A DNA stretch of 64,000 nt. It comes from Nymphaea colorata (lineage: Eukaryota). Within the stretch, counting starts at the first letter, position 1, and each line of letters starts with the position of its first letter. This document shows, piece after piece, positions 23,201 through 35,436 of the stretch. The translations under genes were made by a program, and so were the position numbers. A model generated the notes under the pieces. It had not been told where the DNA came from. It ran no database searches and worked only from the letters and a program-made list of their open reading frames with translations. Location: assembly GCF_008831285.2 (NCBI RefSeq), contig NC_045138.2, forward strand, positions 40,114,001 through 40,178,000, read 5' to 3'.

Positions 23201-25221
23201 GGGATTTTACAGGACCAAGGTTGCAGAGCTCGGATGAAGAAACCATGATCCAGAGAGTTGACGGTGACAATGCGAATCTGCTGCTCTCTTTGCGAAGTTG
23301 GGTAGCACGTAACCCGCACAAAAAGACGAAGAAATAAAGATTCGGTTGCTGCACGTCATCACTTCATTTGACAAACATGCCAGATATAGTTGCAGTATAG
23401 AGGTACTGAAGTCTGAGGGGCCTTGAAGAGGCCGAACCCCTTGTTCTCCAGATCTCCGAGTACAGGAAAACGGGACACCCATCAACTACACTGCAGTTGG
23501 AGTACAAAATTTTGGATCAAGGATTCGAAGTCCCCCTTCCTCTCTGGAGCAATGTCCTGTTGCCCAAACAAGTCTCATCGTGTATTTTGCAGCTCGCCAG
23601 CGCCACAGGTTCGTTTATATGGACAAGTATTCGTAAACGCCGTCAGATCAAAAGCTTCAAATTTGTAGATGAAAAGTAAGATAAAAGATACATGAAAAAC
23701 AATAGATAACACGCTCAAAGAACGCCTATTTTTGTGAAAACTTGATTTTTAACCACTTTTTGAAATGTGTTTTTGGCTAACGAAAACGGCATTTTCTATA
23801 TTCGAGAACCGAAGAAAACGTCATTTTGTGCTGTTTTAGAGACAAAATGCGTTTGAGGGCGTCCCCCAAACGCACCCTAAGAACTTGAGACAGATGATGG
23901 AGAACGATTGGTGTACAATTGCTAAAACTGTTTCTAAGTCTAATTACATTCGATTGTTATTTGTCTTTTAACTTTTTATAGAATAAATTCAGTTCTAGAA
24001 AAGTGGCGTAAGTTTTGTTCAGTCGCCATCGACTTCGAGTCACTGAGAATTGACAATTATCGGAGCCCTTTGGGTAATCAAAAAACTGAAAAGGCATCAC
24101 TTCTTGTGGGCTCAAGAAAACAGACTTTTTAGTGACAAAACATGCTGATAGGCATCAGATCGGCCCCTACAAGACTTATCAAGTATCAAACATGACCCAA
24201 TGTGATACCTGAATTGGTCGATTCAGACTGTATCAGCCTTTTAAAACAAAACCAAAAACAAAAAACAATGATAATAAATATTTAATCTTTTACAAGAAAA
24301 TAACTTTAAAAAGGTTGCCGATTTAGAGAGGTTTGCGACAATTTCAGTTGGACATCAGCTAATCTACGGAGGAGGTGTGGCCGTCTGTAATTTCATTGCT
24401 AATGCATGTGTGGGGTGGTGAAAAATGGATAGTCCCGATTTTGCCAAAATTGTGATGAAAAGTTCAAGGTTTTCATAAAATTTGTCGACAGAGGTAGCTG
24501 CAAGTCTGCCACCATTCGATGTAGCTGTCTCCCCATTCAAGTGAAAGAGATGTTCTTTGTGAGAACTCCGGCTAGTCCATGTAACTGTAGAATGGTGTGT
24601 ATTAGCACTCATATAGGTGAAAACTTTTCTTCATCCATATGCTCTGAGCTATCGATGTAAAGAACAAGCTCTAAGATCCATACGAGGTTACAGCACACCC
24701 TAGCGATGACCAGGTGACATCATAAAATGCATACACAAGGCACAATACACATACAAACCATATATTCTACTCTGATTGAAGCACTGTATATGTACGTACA
24801 TATATACATACATACATATGAGATTCACTCACAGATGTGGCCATGTAAATCCAACAAAATTACACAAGCTCTGATACAAGATATCATAAGAATTTTGAGC
24901 AACTTTGTGAACATGAGGGAGAGACTAGCCTTCTTCCTCGAGCAGCATACTCATAACTTGAATAAAATCACCTCTTATTATTAGAAGCCTTTCAAACCTA
25001 CCAGTCTCAACTGATCTTTCTCTTCAAGCAACCATTTCCATGTGAATTCTGAACGGATGCATCTACGGCCTGTGATCTGCCCCACCTCTGAAAATATCGA
25101 AGAGTTTCACATGACAAGAAGAACTTTTTTCCTTCAGAATTTTTAATTTAAGCAGCTCAAGCAAGCTCCAGAGATGCACTTTTAACCATTTACAGTTGGT
25201 ACAACTACTCAAAGTTTACAA

Positions 25222-28200
25222 TCACGTGCTATGCTCAGGCTTTATGGTAGCTTCTACATCCTGACCTGTTTCACTAGCTTCCCTGCTAGGTGAGTTCTCT
25301 GAAAACAACTTCTTCACCACTGCAGAGTCAGGTCTACTAGATGGAACTTTACCATCATTACTGTGAGAATCAGCCTGAACAGAGACTTTAGACGACAGTG
25401 TGCTTGTTCTTTTGCTGTCTTCCTTACTTTGAACTCGTTTTGGTGTCACAGAATTAACAGGCCTAGTGATCCTATTCTCAAATTGCCAGGCCATCAAGAA
25501 ATTCTCTGTCCAGTTCCAACCCCAATCATCTTTCCTAAGGTCATAGCCGCCCTTTCCAGGGCTGTGTCTATTACTTGCTCGCCACTGAAATTTCACATGA
25601 ATGGATTAAAACACATCCGAAGCACACAAAATGAAAAAGTGAGAACGCAGCACAACCTGATGAGAGAAAGCATATGCCAAAGCTCGCTCACGCTTAACTG
25701 ATGCTGCTTCCCTTTCATGTACTCTAGCCAGAATTTCCTCCATGCTTTCTGAGCCACTGCACCATTCCACCTGTAAATTTGATTAAAAGAAAGAGGGCAT
25801 GGAAACCACGCAAGGATGCTGAGTATCAACATTTTTTAGGATACGCTGTAAATGGAGAAAGAAAACTGAGAGCACGGCAAAGGGTAAAGCACGTCCAGGC
25901 ACATGCAAACAGCCACATGCACCCAGTAGATACTAAGCATGGATATGGAAACTTTGTCCAGAGCTCATTCGACTCAAGAAGGGAAAGGGCACAAATAGAA
26001 GAAATAAAAGTGAGCATAAGGCTTGCTCCCACTCATGAAAGTGTATTCATATCTAGATGCAAAGCTCATCCTAAACACATCTGCATGGTTAGTGCCCACC
26101 CACCCTTTAGCACCCTTTCAAATTAGTATTCTGTTTTTCAATGTAAACAAATAAATAATAAACCAAAAAGAGAGATAAACAAGATGTTATATCAAGAGTA
26201 GTCTTCGTCAAGTAAAACCTAACGTCTGATCTCATCTGGAAAAAGTAGTAGGATCCAAAATGTTATCATGTATAAAACACTAACATCAAATAGAAATCTG
26301 AACTGTTAAATGAGTTCCAACTCTTTTTTGCTTGGATCTGACCAGACAACATAGCATTTAATCGACTGTCAATTGCAAATTGACATTCCAAGGCTCCCAA
26401 GGTGAAACCTCCGAGATTTTCATGTTTTAAAACCTCTGAGATTTAACTCATATTTTCTTGGGAAGAAATAAATTTTTCAGAAAAGGCTCCCAAGGAAAAA
26501 CCTCACCAAGGAATTGCCGAGACAGCTCCCTGAAAAGATGATCTCAAGAAATTGCTGATAACAAGATTCTTGACAATGACAATATTTTTAATAAAACAAA
26601 GGTTATAGATCATATGTTTGTGTTGCACAAGAAGGCCAAGAGTTTAATACCTAGAATGTGTCTCTGTTACACCAACTTGTCTATTAGAAAGAAGATAAAA
26701 TATACCACGTTCCAATGTTCGTATCGTACGATACGTATTGTATAGGTCAAAGAAACCTATACGATACGTATTCGATATGCGATACGCGTGCGGTATCGTG
26801 TGATACGGGTTAAAACACAAAATTTTTTATTTTTTAAAGTTTAAACACTCCCCCCTCTCTCTCTCTTCTTGTATTTAAAGACTTCAAGAGACGTAGGAAG
26901 GAGAGATTTTACACATTTTCATTAAAAATAACCAAGGATTCATCGATTTGGGAGATATTATCGTTAAATCATGAAAGATGATAGCTATATGTTTTGAACT
27001 TATAAATTTGTGATGTAATCTAAGTCCTAAAACTCCAAGTCCTAAGACTGTAAGTCTTAAGATTCTATAAAATTTTCAAGTTTAAAATTGTGATGAATGT
27101 TTATTATGTTATTTTGAATATCTAATTTCTTATTTTTGAATGTGTTGTTGATACACATGAATGTTCCTTATGTATGATGATATTTTTTATATTTGAATAC
27201 ATTTTTCTTGATTTTTGCTTTTTTTTCATTTTTTAAGATTTTTCTCTATTTTTCCTGATTTTTAAATATTTTTTAAAATTAAAAAATTAATTTTACGATA
27301 TGCTACGCTACGTTTATGATACGTTACGATACGGCATATAGGTCGGCTCCGATACGCGATACGCTACGCCTTTTATAACATTGTCACGTTCTTCTGAAGC
27401 CGTGGATCTGAGATACCAATTGTCACAGAATGTTCTTCGAGTAAAACACATCATTAAAAGCAAATGCAGAGACAATTTATAATGAAATATAAATTAAACT
27501 AAATGAAGAAACAATTATTTCCCAGTGAAAGATGCTGGAAGTTTCAGAATATTATATGTCATTAAGCATATGGTGATATGAAGGTGTGAAGTTTGTTCTT
27601 AGCAATCCAACCTCTATCTCGTGGAGTTTAGCTTCAAGTTTCAACTGGTGATCGCGTTTTTTCTGTTTAATCCTTGTCTCAGCTAACATAGAGCACCGAC
27701 GATCATGGACTTGGGCTTGTATTTTGTTCAACAACTGAAGATAACTCAAAGTTGAAGTTGTTTGCTTCTGAATAGATAGTCGTTGCTTAAGGAACTGTAA
27801 TCTTTCTAGTCCTTTCAGTTGACGATAAGCTTTCCGCGCCTATGACAAACATTAGTAGATTTAGTTAGAAAAAATCATGATACTAAGATAAACACAAATC
27901 ATGATACTAAGATAAACACATTATGAGATTAATTGAGAAAAATAAGATTTTTATAGAAACTACAGAAATATGAAATTAGAACATTTTCAAAATCTACAAA
28001 ATGGAAATGTTAGGTACTATTAGTCAAACAGCAAGGTCAAATAAACGATTTAGTACTGTTAATGGAGAAAATATCTCAACAATGATTTTTAAGCGATAGA
28101 AAACACCTCCACTAAAAAGTGGAAGTGGAGTAACTAGTTACATATGACCATGAAAATTGAACATATGTAGCCACTTCTCATCAACTAATGAAGAATCTAC

Positions 28201-29624
28201 AGCATTAAACATCTATGAAAACTTGTGACCATCATAATATAGCAGTTTCTCAATAAGAAGCAAACCAGATAAACATAAGGGAAATGCTATGCTAATCAAT
28301 AAATCTGTAAATGTGCCTCCAGTTTTCTCCATATCCATCCAAAGCTTTCTTGCATTCAAGTTGGGAGGAACTAAAACATGAAATTCTTTCCAAATCTATT
28401 GTATCCAATTCACTACAATCAGATGATACATTCATCAAGAATCTATAATCTTCAGCCATCCGCAATCCTTAGTACAGCAGCAAAAATAACATGGTATCAG
28501 GCTAACAAGATGAGAATGTAGACAACCACTTAATATCCATTGTGAGCTTGCTTCATTTGACTCTTCTATACTTTAACCTCTAAAAATGCAGTCGAGGGAA
28601 GGACAAGCTTATCACAAAAGGTCCCATTGTTTTCTACAGCAACGGAACTATGAAAATTCAAAGAAAACAATAAATTTAAACCATCTAACTACTGAACAGG
28701 AACCATTTTCTTAAATGGTCACAAATATGACCATTCATGAAGATCATAACGGCCAAAAACTAAAGATGCCAATTAAGTACCAGAAAGCCACGGAATGCAG
28801 TTTGGATGACAATTGCTGCTTTATCCTCAGTATACAAATTAGTGACTTCTGCATTGGAGTTTGATGCAGTGATTGAGAATCTTTTGGAGCCTTTGGACTT
28901 ATGATGCCTCCACTTAAATCCTTTTGAATGGTTAGATGGAGTTGGCTTCTAAAAAACAAAACAAAAAAATATTGGTGACCAATAGTATAACAAGAAACGG
29001 TGGATTTTAACAACAAACAGAAAATGGACAACTGGCACAATGTTCAGGTTGTCATAAAGCAATCAAACAGTTCAAATTTCCACTATCACAGGGATCTTTA
29101 TGTCATTCTAATGGTTAAAGGATTAAACGCATTACTCACAGAAATAAAGAATAATAAATTAAAAAAACTTTTGGAGATTTTTACACTTTCACAAGCCAAC
29201 AGAAACAGTGAGACAGAACCATGCACATGAAGCGACATATGCATGTGTGGAGTAAAAGAAGGCAAGGGATAGTTTTCTTCACACTTCACAGTGCACTCGT
29301 TAGGCATTATCGTGTTTAGGTAACATTTTGTGCTATTTGAGTCCTTGAGTGCTGCATTTATGAAATAACCATTAAAAGCAGGAAAGTCTCGGTTTTGTTC
29401 TCTTGAAATATACAAATACAAATGTTTGATTTTGAAATATGTCAACAATTTCTCTGAGAAATAAGGTAATAGGCAGATATTACACTTCAATGTACAATTG
29501 AAGTTTCCCACAGTTAGAACAAGATGAGAAGAAAAGTCTGATATAGTACCTGTTCCTTTGAGTAGCCTTCCTTCAATGACTTCTTCACATTGATGACGGT
29601 CTTAAACCAATCTCCGGAACCCAT
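25222..29624 (-). CDS. IQD9: IQ67-domain calmodulin-binding protein (IQD9/IQD10-like), 315 aa
   Basis: Coding exons 29624-29550 (MGSGDWFKTVINVKK...), 28948-28781 (...EDKAAIVIQTAFRGFL), 27839-27612 (ARKAYRQLKGLERLQ...LKLEAKLHEIE), 25770-25657 (VEWCSGSESMEEILARVHEREAASVKRERALAYAFSHQ) and 25584-25222 (WRAS...WGWNW...). All introns are GT-AG and phase 0, including the diagnostic intron splitting the IQ67 domain at FL|AR. The symbol indicates the clade, not verified orthology. Confidence 0.92.
26713..27383. mobile_element. Non-autonomous hAT-like element in IQD intron 3
   Basis: TIR CAATGTT / AACATTG. 8-bp TSD CCACGTTC (26705-26712) vs TCACGTTC (27384-27391). Many CGATAC/GTATCG subterminal repeats at both ends and an AT-rich core. 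Confidence 0.85.
27872..27919. repeat. Perfect 24-bp tandem duplication
   Basis: AAATCATGATACTAAGATAAACAC x2. Confidence 0.95.
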
Positions 29625-30325
29625 TCAAGCAATGAAATGTTGTTCCTCTTTGATATTAGAAACAAACAGAAGCAGTTATTATGAATGAGCCTTACAAAAA
29701 TATATAAGTAAATCCATATTGCACCTAAGTACTATATGAACAGTTTTCCAGGCTTAGCAGAAAGTGCTATAGCTTGAGTAGGAATAAAGGATGAAAGATA
29801 CCCCAACATGACCATTGATCTTTGACAGGTGAAAGGGATGCTACGTGATACACAAGTAATGTAACAAAAGAGGGAAAAAAATAAAAAAGGAGATAGCTTT
29901 ATCCTTTAAAGAGCAGAAACCACAGAAAAGATGAGCTATTTGGCTCCACTTTAGATTTGCAATATTACAATTGTTCCCATTACAGAATAAAAAAAAAATA
30001 ATAACTATATTTATGTTAAATACAATATCAGTGCTTTCTTTATACAATCCTGTACAGGATTGTTATTACCTTCATGCTACCCAATAGAATGTCCATGAAC
30101 AAGAAGATTTATTTCAGTAATAGAAACATCCAAATGCGCATGATATGGTTACTAAATTGCCTTATATAGTATGATAAGAATGCTTTTGATGGAAACCCTA
30201 CAAATTGTACATTGTATTTGAATAATTTTCAATATTTACAGTTTAATTCTTTAGAAAACAACATCTGATGTTAGGAAAATATTTGCTGAAGATATCTGCA
30301 ACTACTCGAAGGACATTGCTTTCAC

Positions 30326-30363
30326 TGCTTGTAATATCGATATTTGCTTGTAATATCGATATT
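30326..30363. repeat. Perfect 19-bp tandem duplication
   Basis: TGCTTGTAATATCGATATT x2. Each unit contains the palindrome AATATCGATATT. Confidence 0.95.
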
Positions 30364-32493
30364 TGGGAACACTGAGATCTGTCATATCGATTGCCAATGA
30401 GTTCTAAAATATCTTTGTCAGCACAGTCAAACACAGTGGACTTAGTCCTGACAAATCAATCCTTTATTTCAAATAGTGTTAGCAGTTAGCACAATGCCTA
30501 TTAATATCCTCTAAATGCCTCAATACTTGTTCTCGCTCTCTCTCTCTCGTTTAGTTCCTACGCCTTCAAACTACGTTAGTTACCTAAAATCAAAAGAAAT
30601 CAGCTACCGATTTTCTTGTATCAAGGTAATAACATAAATATGCAGCAGAGAGATGGTGACTAACTTCATGACATTATTCTAAGGATCATCTCCTGTATAT
30701 GTAGTTCCTCCAGAACTAAATGATTTGGGAACAAAAATACACTCCACACTTTTATTAAATGATAATGCTGGACAAGGGTTGATAGTGATTCAAGACAGTA
30801 AATCACAATTTCAGCCGATGATTGTATTCAACATGCAGTTAGTAGGAGCGACTGCGCCTTATCTGTTACTTCCACTACATTGCGAAGTGCAAACGCAAGA
30901 CACTCATTCAATATAGAGATGGTAAGTTGGCCACCTGAACCCCAGTCAGGAAGCGATGGTGATCGAACAAAACCACCGAACTTAAAAACTTCTAGATTCA
31001 AAACTAAGATACCCTCAAAATCAATGCAGTGCATAAAAGACATACCATTTCAAATTAAACAAACAAGCCATTTACTGAAGAAAAAATTCATTTAGCTATA
31101 ATATAGTCCACGTGGTAATTAGCTGAAAAGTTCGATCACACAGAACAACGTTGTCTGAACAAAAGACAGAAAAGCACCTAGTGGAGCCTCATCAGCAACA
31201 AGCCAGTCATATATATCATGGCCAATGTAAGCCATTATTAACAAATTTGGGGTCATATTACAAGAAGGAATAGGAACGACCCAAACAGATATCAGATTGG
31301 CCTAGGGGCTATGAATTCTAAATTTCAAGCAATTGGTATATTAGATACGAAAGCAGGTACTGAATTCTGAGATCACGGTCCATAATAAATCACTCAAAAC
31401 ACCAGACGAGGAAACACCCATTTAGTTAGAGAGTTCCCAATCAGAGTGACTCCAAGTTTAGAAACTAGAACACATGCGTCCATGAAGAAGAAGGAAGAAG
31501 ACACAAGAGAAACATCATCCAGAAAGAACACGTCGGTGAAGACATGAACAATGAAAAAGAAGAGTCAAAACTCAAAACGGCAATAGAAACATCATGGAGG
31601 AAACACACGTCGGTTTCAGGGATACCCAAAGAAAAGTAAGCGAAACCAAAACCAGCAACAAGGGAAAAAGGAAAAAGCAGGAATCAGCTTGCGTCTGCAC
31701 CTACCAATTAGAGAGATGAGATGTGCTTGGGGGAAGAATAAAGCGATACAACAGATCTGTTATAAGCACACCACTGGTGGCCCAGCAGCATCAGTACAGA
31801 CTAATCATCTCAGTAGATTGGGGGAATCGCAAAAACCATACAAAAGACAATGATGACGAGGACAATAATTACAGAAAGAAGACGAAAGCGTGAACTGGGA
31901 ATTGCAAAAATATAGTCATCTCATGGTGGTCTTCAACCACCTGCATTATTGGGTAGGAAGAAAATAAGGGCAACGATAATTTGGCCAAATCGGCGGTTGC
32001 CTCCTTGCAAGGGTGAAAGAAGCGAGGCCTTCGAGGGGGTTGGGTGGAAATTTGCAGGATGGTAGATGATGAACGATCAGGAGGCATCCATTCCCACCCA
32101 TTTTCTTTGCAAATTTTAAATTTGGAGGATGGTAGGTGAGATGGGTGTGGCTGCTTGTGCGGATTCTGAATTATAAACGTGGTCGGATGGTGGCTGAAAC
32201 CATCAATCAACGTATGGTTTGTTCATTCGTTCATGTCAGAGCGGGTGGTTTTTGTTGGCTTGTGGAGATTTTATGGTATTGTTAAATTTGGAGGGAAGGA
32301 AGATTTCGCGGGACGAATAAGACTCTTGCAGGGGGGAAATAAAGGACCGCGAGAGGTAACAAATGATGTTCTTTTCTGAGAAGGGGAGGGGAAGACAGAC
32401 GCGGAGAATCAAAGAGTTGTTTATAAAAAACATATGCTGACACGATGGAAAGATGCCGGAAAAACCCAAAGAAGATTAAAAAAAAAGAAAAAA

Positions 32494-32567
32494 TGGTCCC
32501 GGCGGGGCTCGAACCCGCGACCTTCGGCTCATAAGACCAACGCTCTAACCAACTGAGCTACGGGACC
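32494..32567 (-). tRNA. tRNA-Ile(UAU), copy 1
   Basis: Minus strand GGTCCCGTAGCTCAGTTGGTTAGAGCGTTGGTCTTATGAGCCGAAGGTCGCGGGTTCGAGCCCCGCCGGGACCA. Anticodon TAT, CAA immediately upstream, long T-run downstream. Confidence 0.98.
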
Positions 32568-32649
32568 TTGGGTGCGGACGAGTTGCCGAGTCGCTAACAT
32601 CTGAATTGTGCAATGGTACAGTACCCATTCGGAAAAGAATACAAAAAGG

Positions 32650-32723
32650 TGGTCCCGGCGGGGCTCGAACCCGCGACCTTCGGCTCATAAGACCAACGCT
32701 CTAACCAACTGAGCTACGGGACC
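32650..32723 (-). tRNA. tRNA-Ile(UAU), copy 2
   Basis: Identical 74-nt sequence to copy 1. CAA upstream and a T5 terminator 2 nt downstream. Confidence 0.98.
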
Positions 32724-35366
32724 TTGGATGTGGGGATAATGAATGGAAAATAAAAAAGCAATTTTAATGAAGTACTACTATCTACTGCATCACCTACTCC
32801 AGATATAACGGAATGTTCAGATCCAATTTGCTCACGGATATGGTTGGTGCAACAGGGTGATCCGTGATACCCAACCTCTCCAACATTACTAAATGAGTTC
32901 ATGCAGTTTACGGGCAACATAGGAACCAAGTTTGATCATTATATCCACATTGGGATCCAGGACAACCAAAAGCATGTTCTAGTTTTGAAGCAACAACAAA
33001 AGGGCACTTTTCAATTGGACATAAAGGGTGATTATTTGAAAACTTTTCAAACTCTGCATTCTTTTGTTTTGAGCAAAAATATATATGTATATATCAATTC
33101 AAATACAGATCCCATCTTTGGACCTGGATCCATCTTAATAACAAGCAGCCCACATCCAATCTTCAGCTATGTTGGTTGGGTAAGCTGGATAACTGGGCAC
33201 ATATGGTCGGCTCACAAACAGTTTTTTTTTTTCACTTTTTTTTTTTCATTTTTTTAATGCCAAACCGTTTTTTTTATTTTGTGTTATTAGTTTCTTACTT
33301 ATTTTATTTTTCTTTCATTCTTATAAATTTTTAAAATTTACCGTATTTTTCCTGTTTTTCAAGCTCGTCGTATTATACCCGAGAAAACCTTACCGTTTAA
33401 AATTTCGAAAAGTTATTTGTGACTATAGTTTTAAGTTTGGAAATAAAAAAAAACCTAAGTTAAATGAGCTTAGTCGAATTTAATCGTGCTAAGTTCATGT
33501 AACTCAAACTCGACTCAATAATGAACTCGAGTTTTACAAGTTTATGTCGAATTTACCTGATCGATTTCGAGTTTAAGCTCGAGTTGGCTCAACTCATTAT
33601 ACGGCCCTATTAACCAATCACCACGTCTCCTGATTTTTATATTCCAACTTTGTTCATAAAAAGGGTGTTTTACCTTTTTTTAAGCTTTTATATATGAAAG
33701 GCATTTTGGTCATTTCAAGCAATGTTGTGAGAAGCATACATTTACAAAAAAAAAAAAAAAAAAAAAAGTGCAAAAACGCTTTGACTCAGGCGCATGGTGC
33801 GCTCTGTGTTTAATTATAAAATAATTTTTTATTATAAAATATATTGATTAATAAAAATATATATATTATTAAAAAAATTATTTTTTTATTCTTAATGAGC
33901 TAAACGGGTTGGACCGGGCTGACCCGGGCCAAGTTTTTTCGGGCCCAAGCTCGGACCCAATCCGGCCCGACGCCCACCCTTTGAGGACGTGTATCAAGTA
34001 TGATGGTCCTCCTCCCATGTTGCCAATTGCCATGTGTCGCAAGTTACGTGTTCATCTATTTGCTTCATTACGTGTTCATCTATTGTCAATACCAAATGTT
34101 ATCATAAATTCATAATCATTTTCTGAATAGAATCTGATTCCCTGAATCGAATCAGAATCGTTTAAAATTTTGCCGAAAATATAAAATTTCTACAAAAGAT
34201 AAAAAATAGTTAAAAATGTAAACACTTTATCGAAGTGGTCACGATACTAATTCAGCAACAATTACTTTCTTGGAACCTTCTCACTCCTTCTCTCTCTTTC
34301 TAAATGTTTATCATTGCATCTTTAACTTATTATATTTTCTTTCAAATTTTTTGCATTCATTAGTTCATGCTGTTTTTTTGTGCTTCATGGTAGCTATGTT
34401 CAATCACTTACTTACCGAATCAATTGAAGAATATTTATTACATTATTTTGTGTTATATAAATAAATATAGAAACATAAAAACTTTACATTAACACAAATT
34501 ATCTTTTTCATTATATATATTTTTTGTGGATGTTTTTTTTTCCTTTTTGTTTTCTTCGTCTTTATTTCTAGCTTAAACATGTTCTCTTTTTGAAAGAGCT
34601 GCCTGTCTTTTTTGTAATACGTTATTATTTGTTAAAATAATTCAAATTTATTGTATGGTGTTAATATTTCGAAAGCATTCTTTGTACTAAGTATGTTAGG
34701 ACATTGTATTTATAAGTTTTTGTGGTTTGCATATGTTATGTCTTGTTTTTTATTGATATGTTTAGTATTATAATCATTTTTATCAGTTTTGTTGTTATTT
34801 TTATGAATATTATATAATTCATAAATTTGTCCGTAAAGCTTACGCTTCAATTAACGTCTCGCCTCGTTTTATCGCCTTTTACAAGCACCCAAATACTTTG
34901 GTTGTGTTCTAGGCCCGAACAACCTGCTTCTAGAAAACATGTTTAATGGGCCTCAAATTGGAACCATTGAATTTTAAAATTCTCATTGAACCTTAAATGC
35001 TTAGGGATGCAAACGGTTCGAATCTGGCTAATCAACTATCACTAAAAGTAAACAAAACCTAGACCTCTTAAAATTGATGTGAAAAAAAGTGTTTTAAACA
35101 AACTTGTGAACCATCTAATGCGTTTATAAACACTAATTAAATATAAATCATGTTTTATTTTTAAGTCATTTTTGTGAAATTGATCTTTCCACTGTCAAAA
35201 TTAAAAAATGTTATTTAAGTAAGAAAAAAGACCAACTTAATATGTTTTTCCCCAAATCAATCTTAAGATCACATCTGTAAGGTTTGATTATAAAACATAT
35301 TTTAATAATTAATTTTAATGGGTCTAATTTTTATCAGTGCAATCGACTCAGCTGGCAACTGAAACT

Positions 35367-35436
35367 AATGATACAGTTTTAGTCACTGAGTCAGCCAATT
35401 GAATGATACAGTTTTAGTCACTGAGTCAGCCAATTG
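35367..35436. repeat. Perfect 35-bp tandem duplication
   Basis: AATGATACAGTTTTAGTCACTGAGTCAGCCAATTG x2. Confidence 0.95.
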
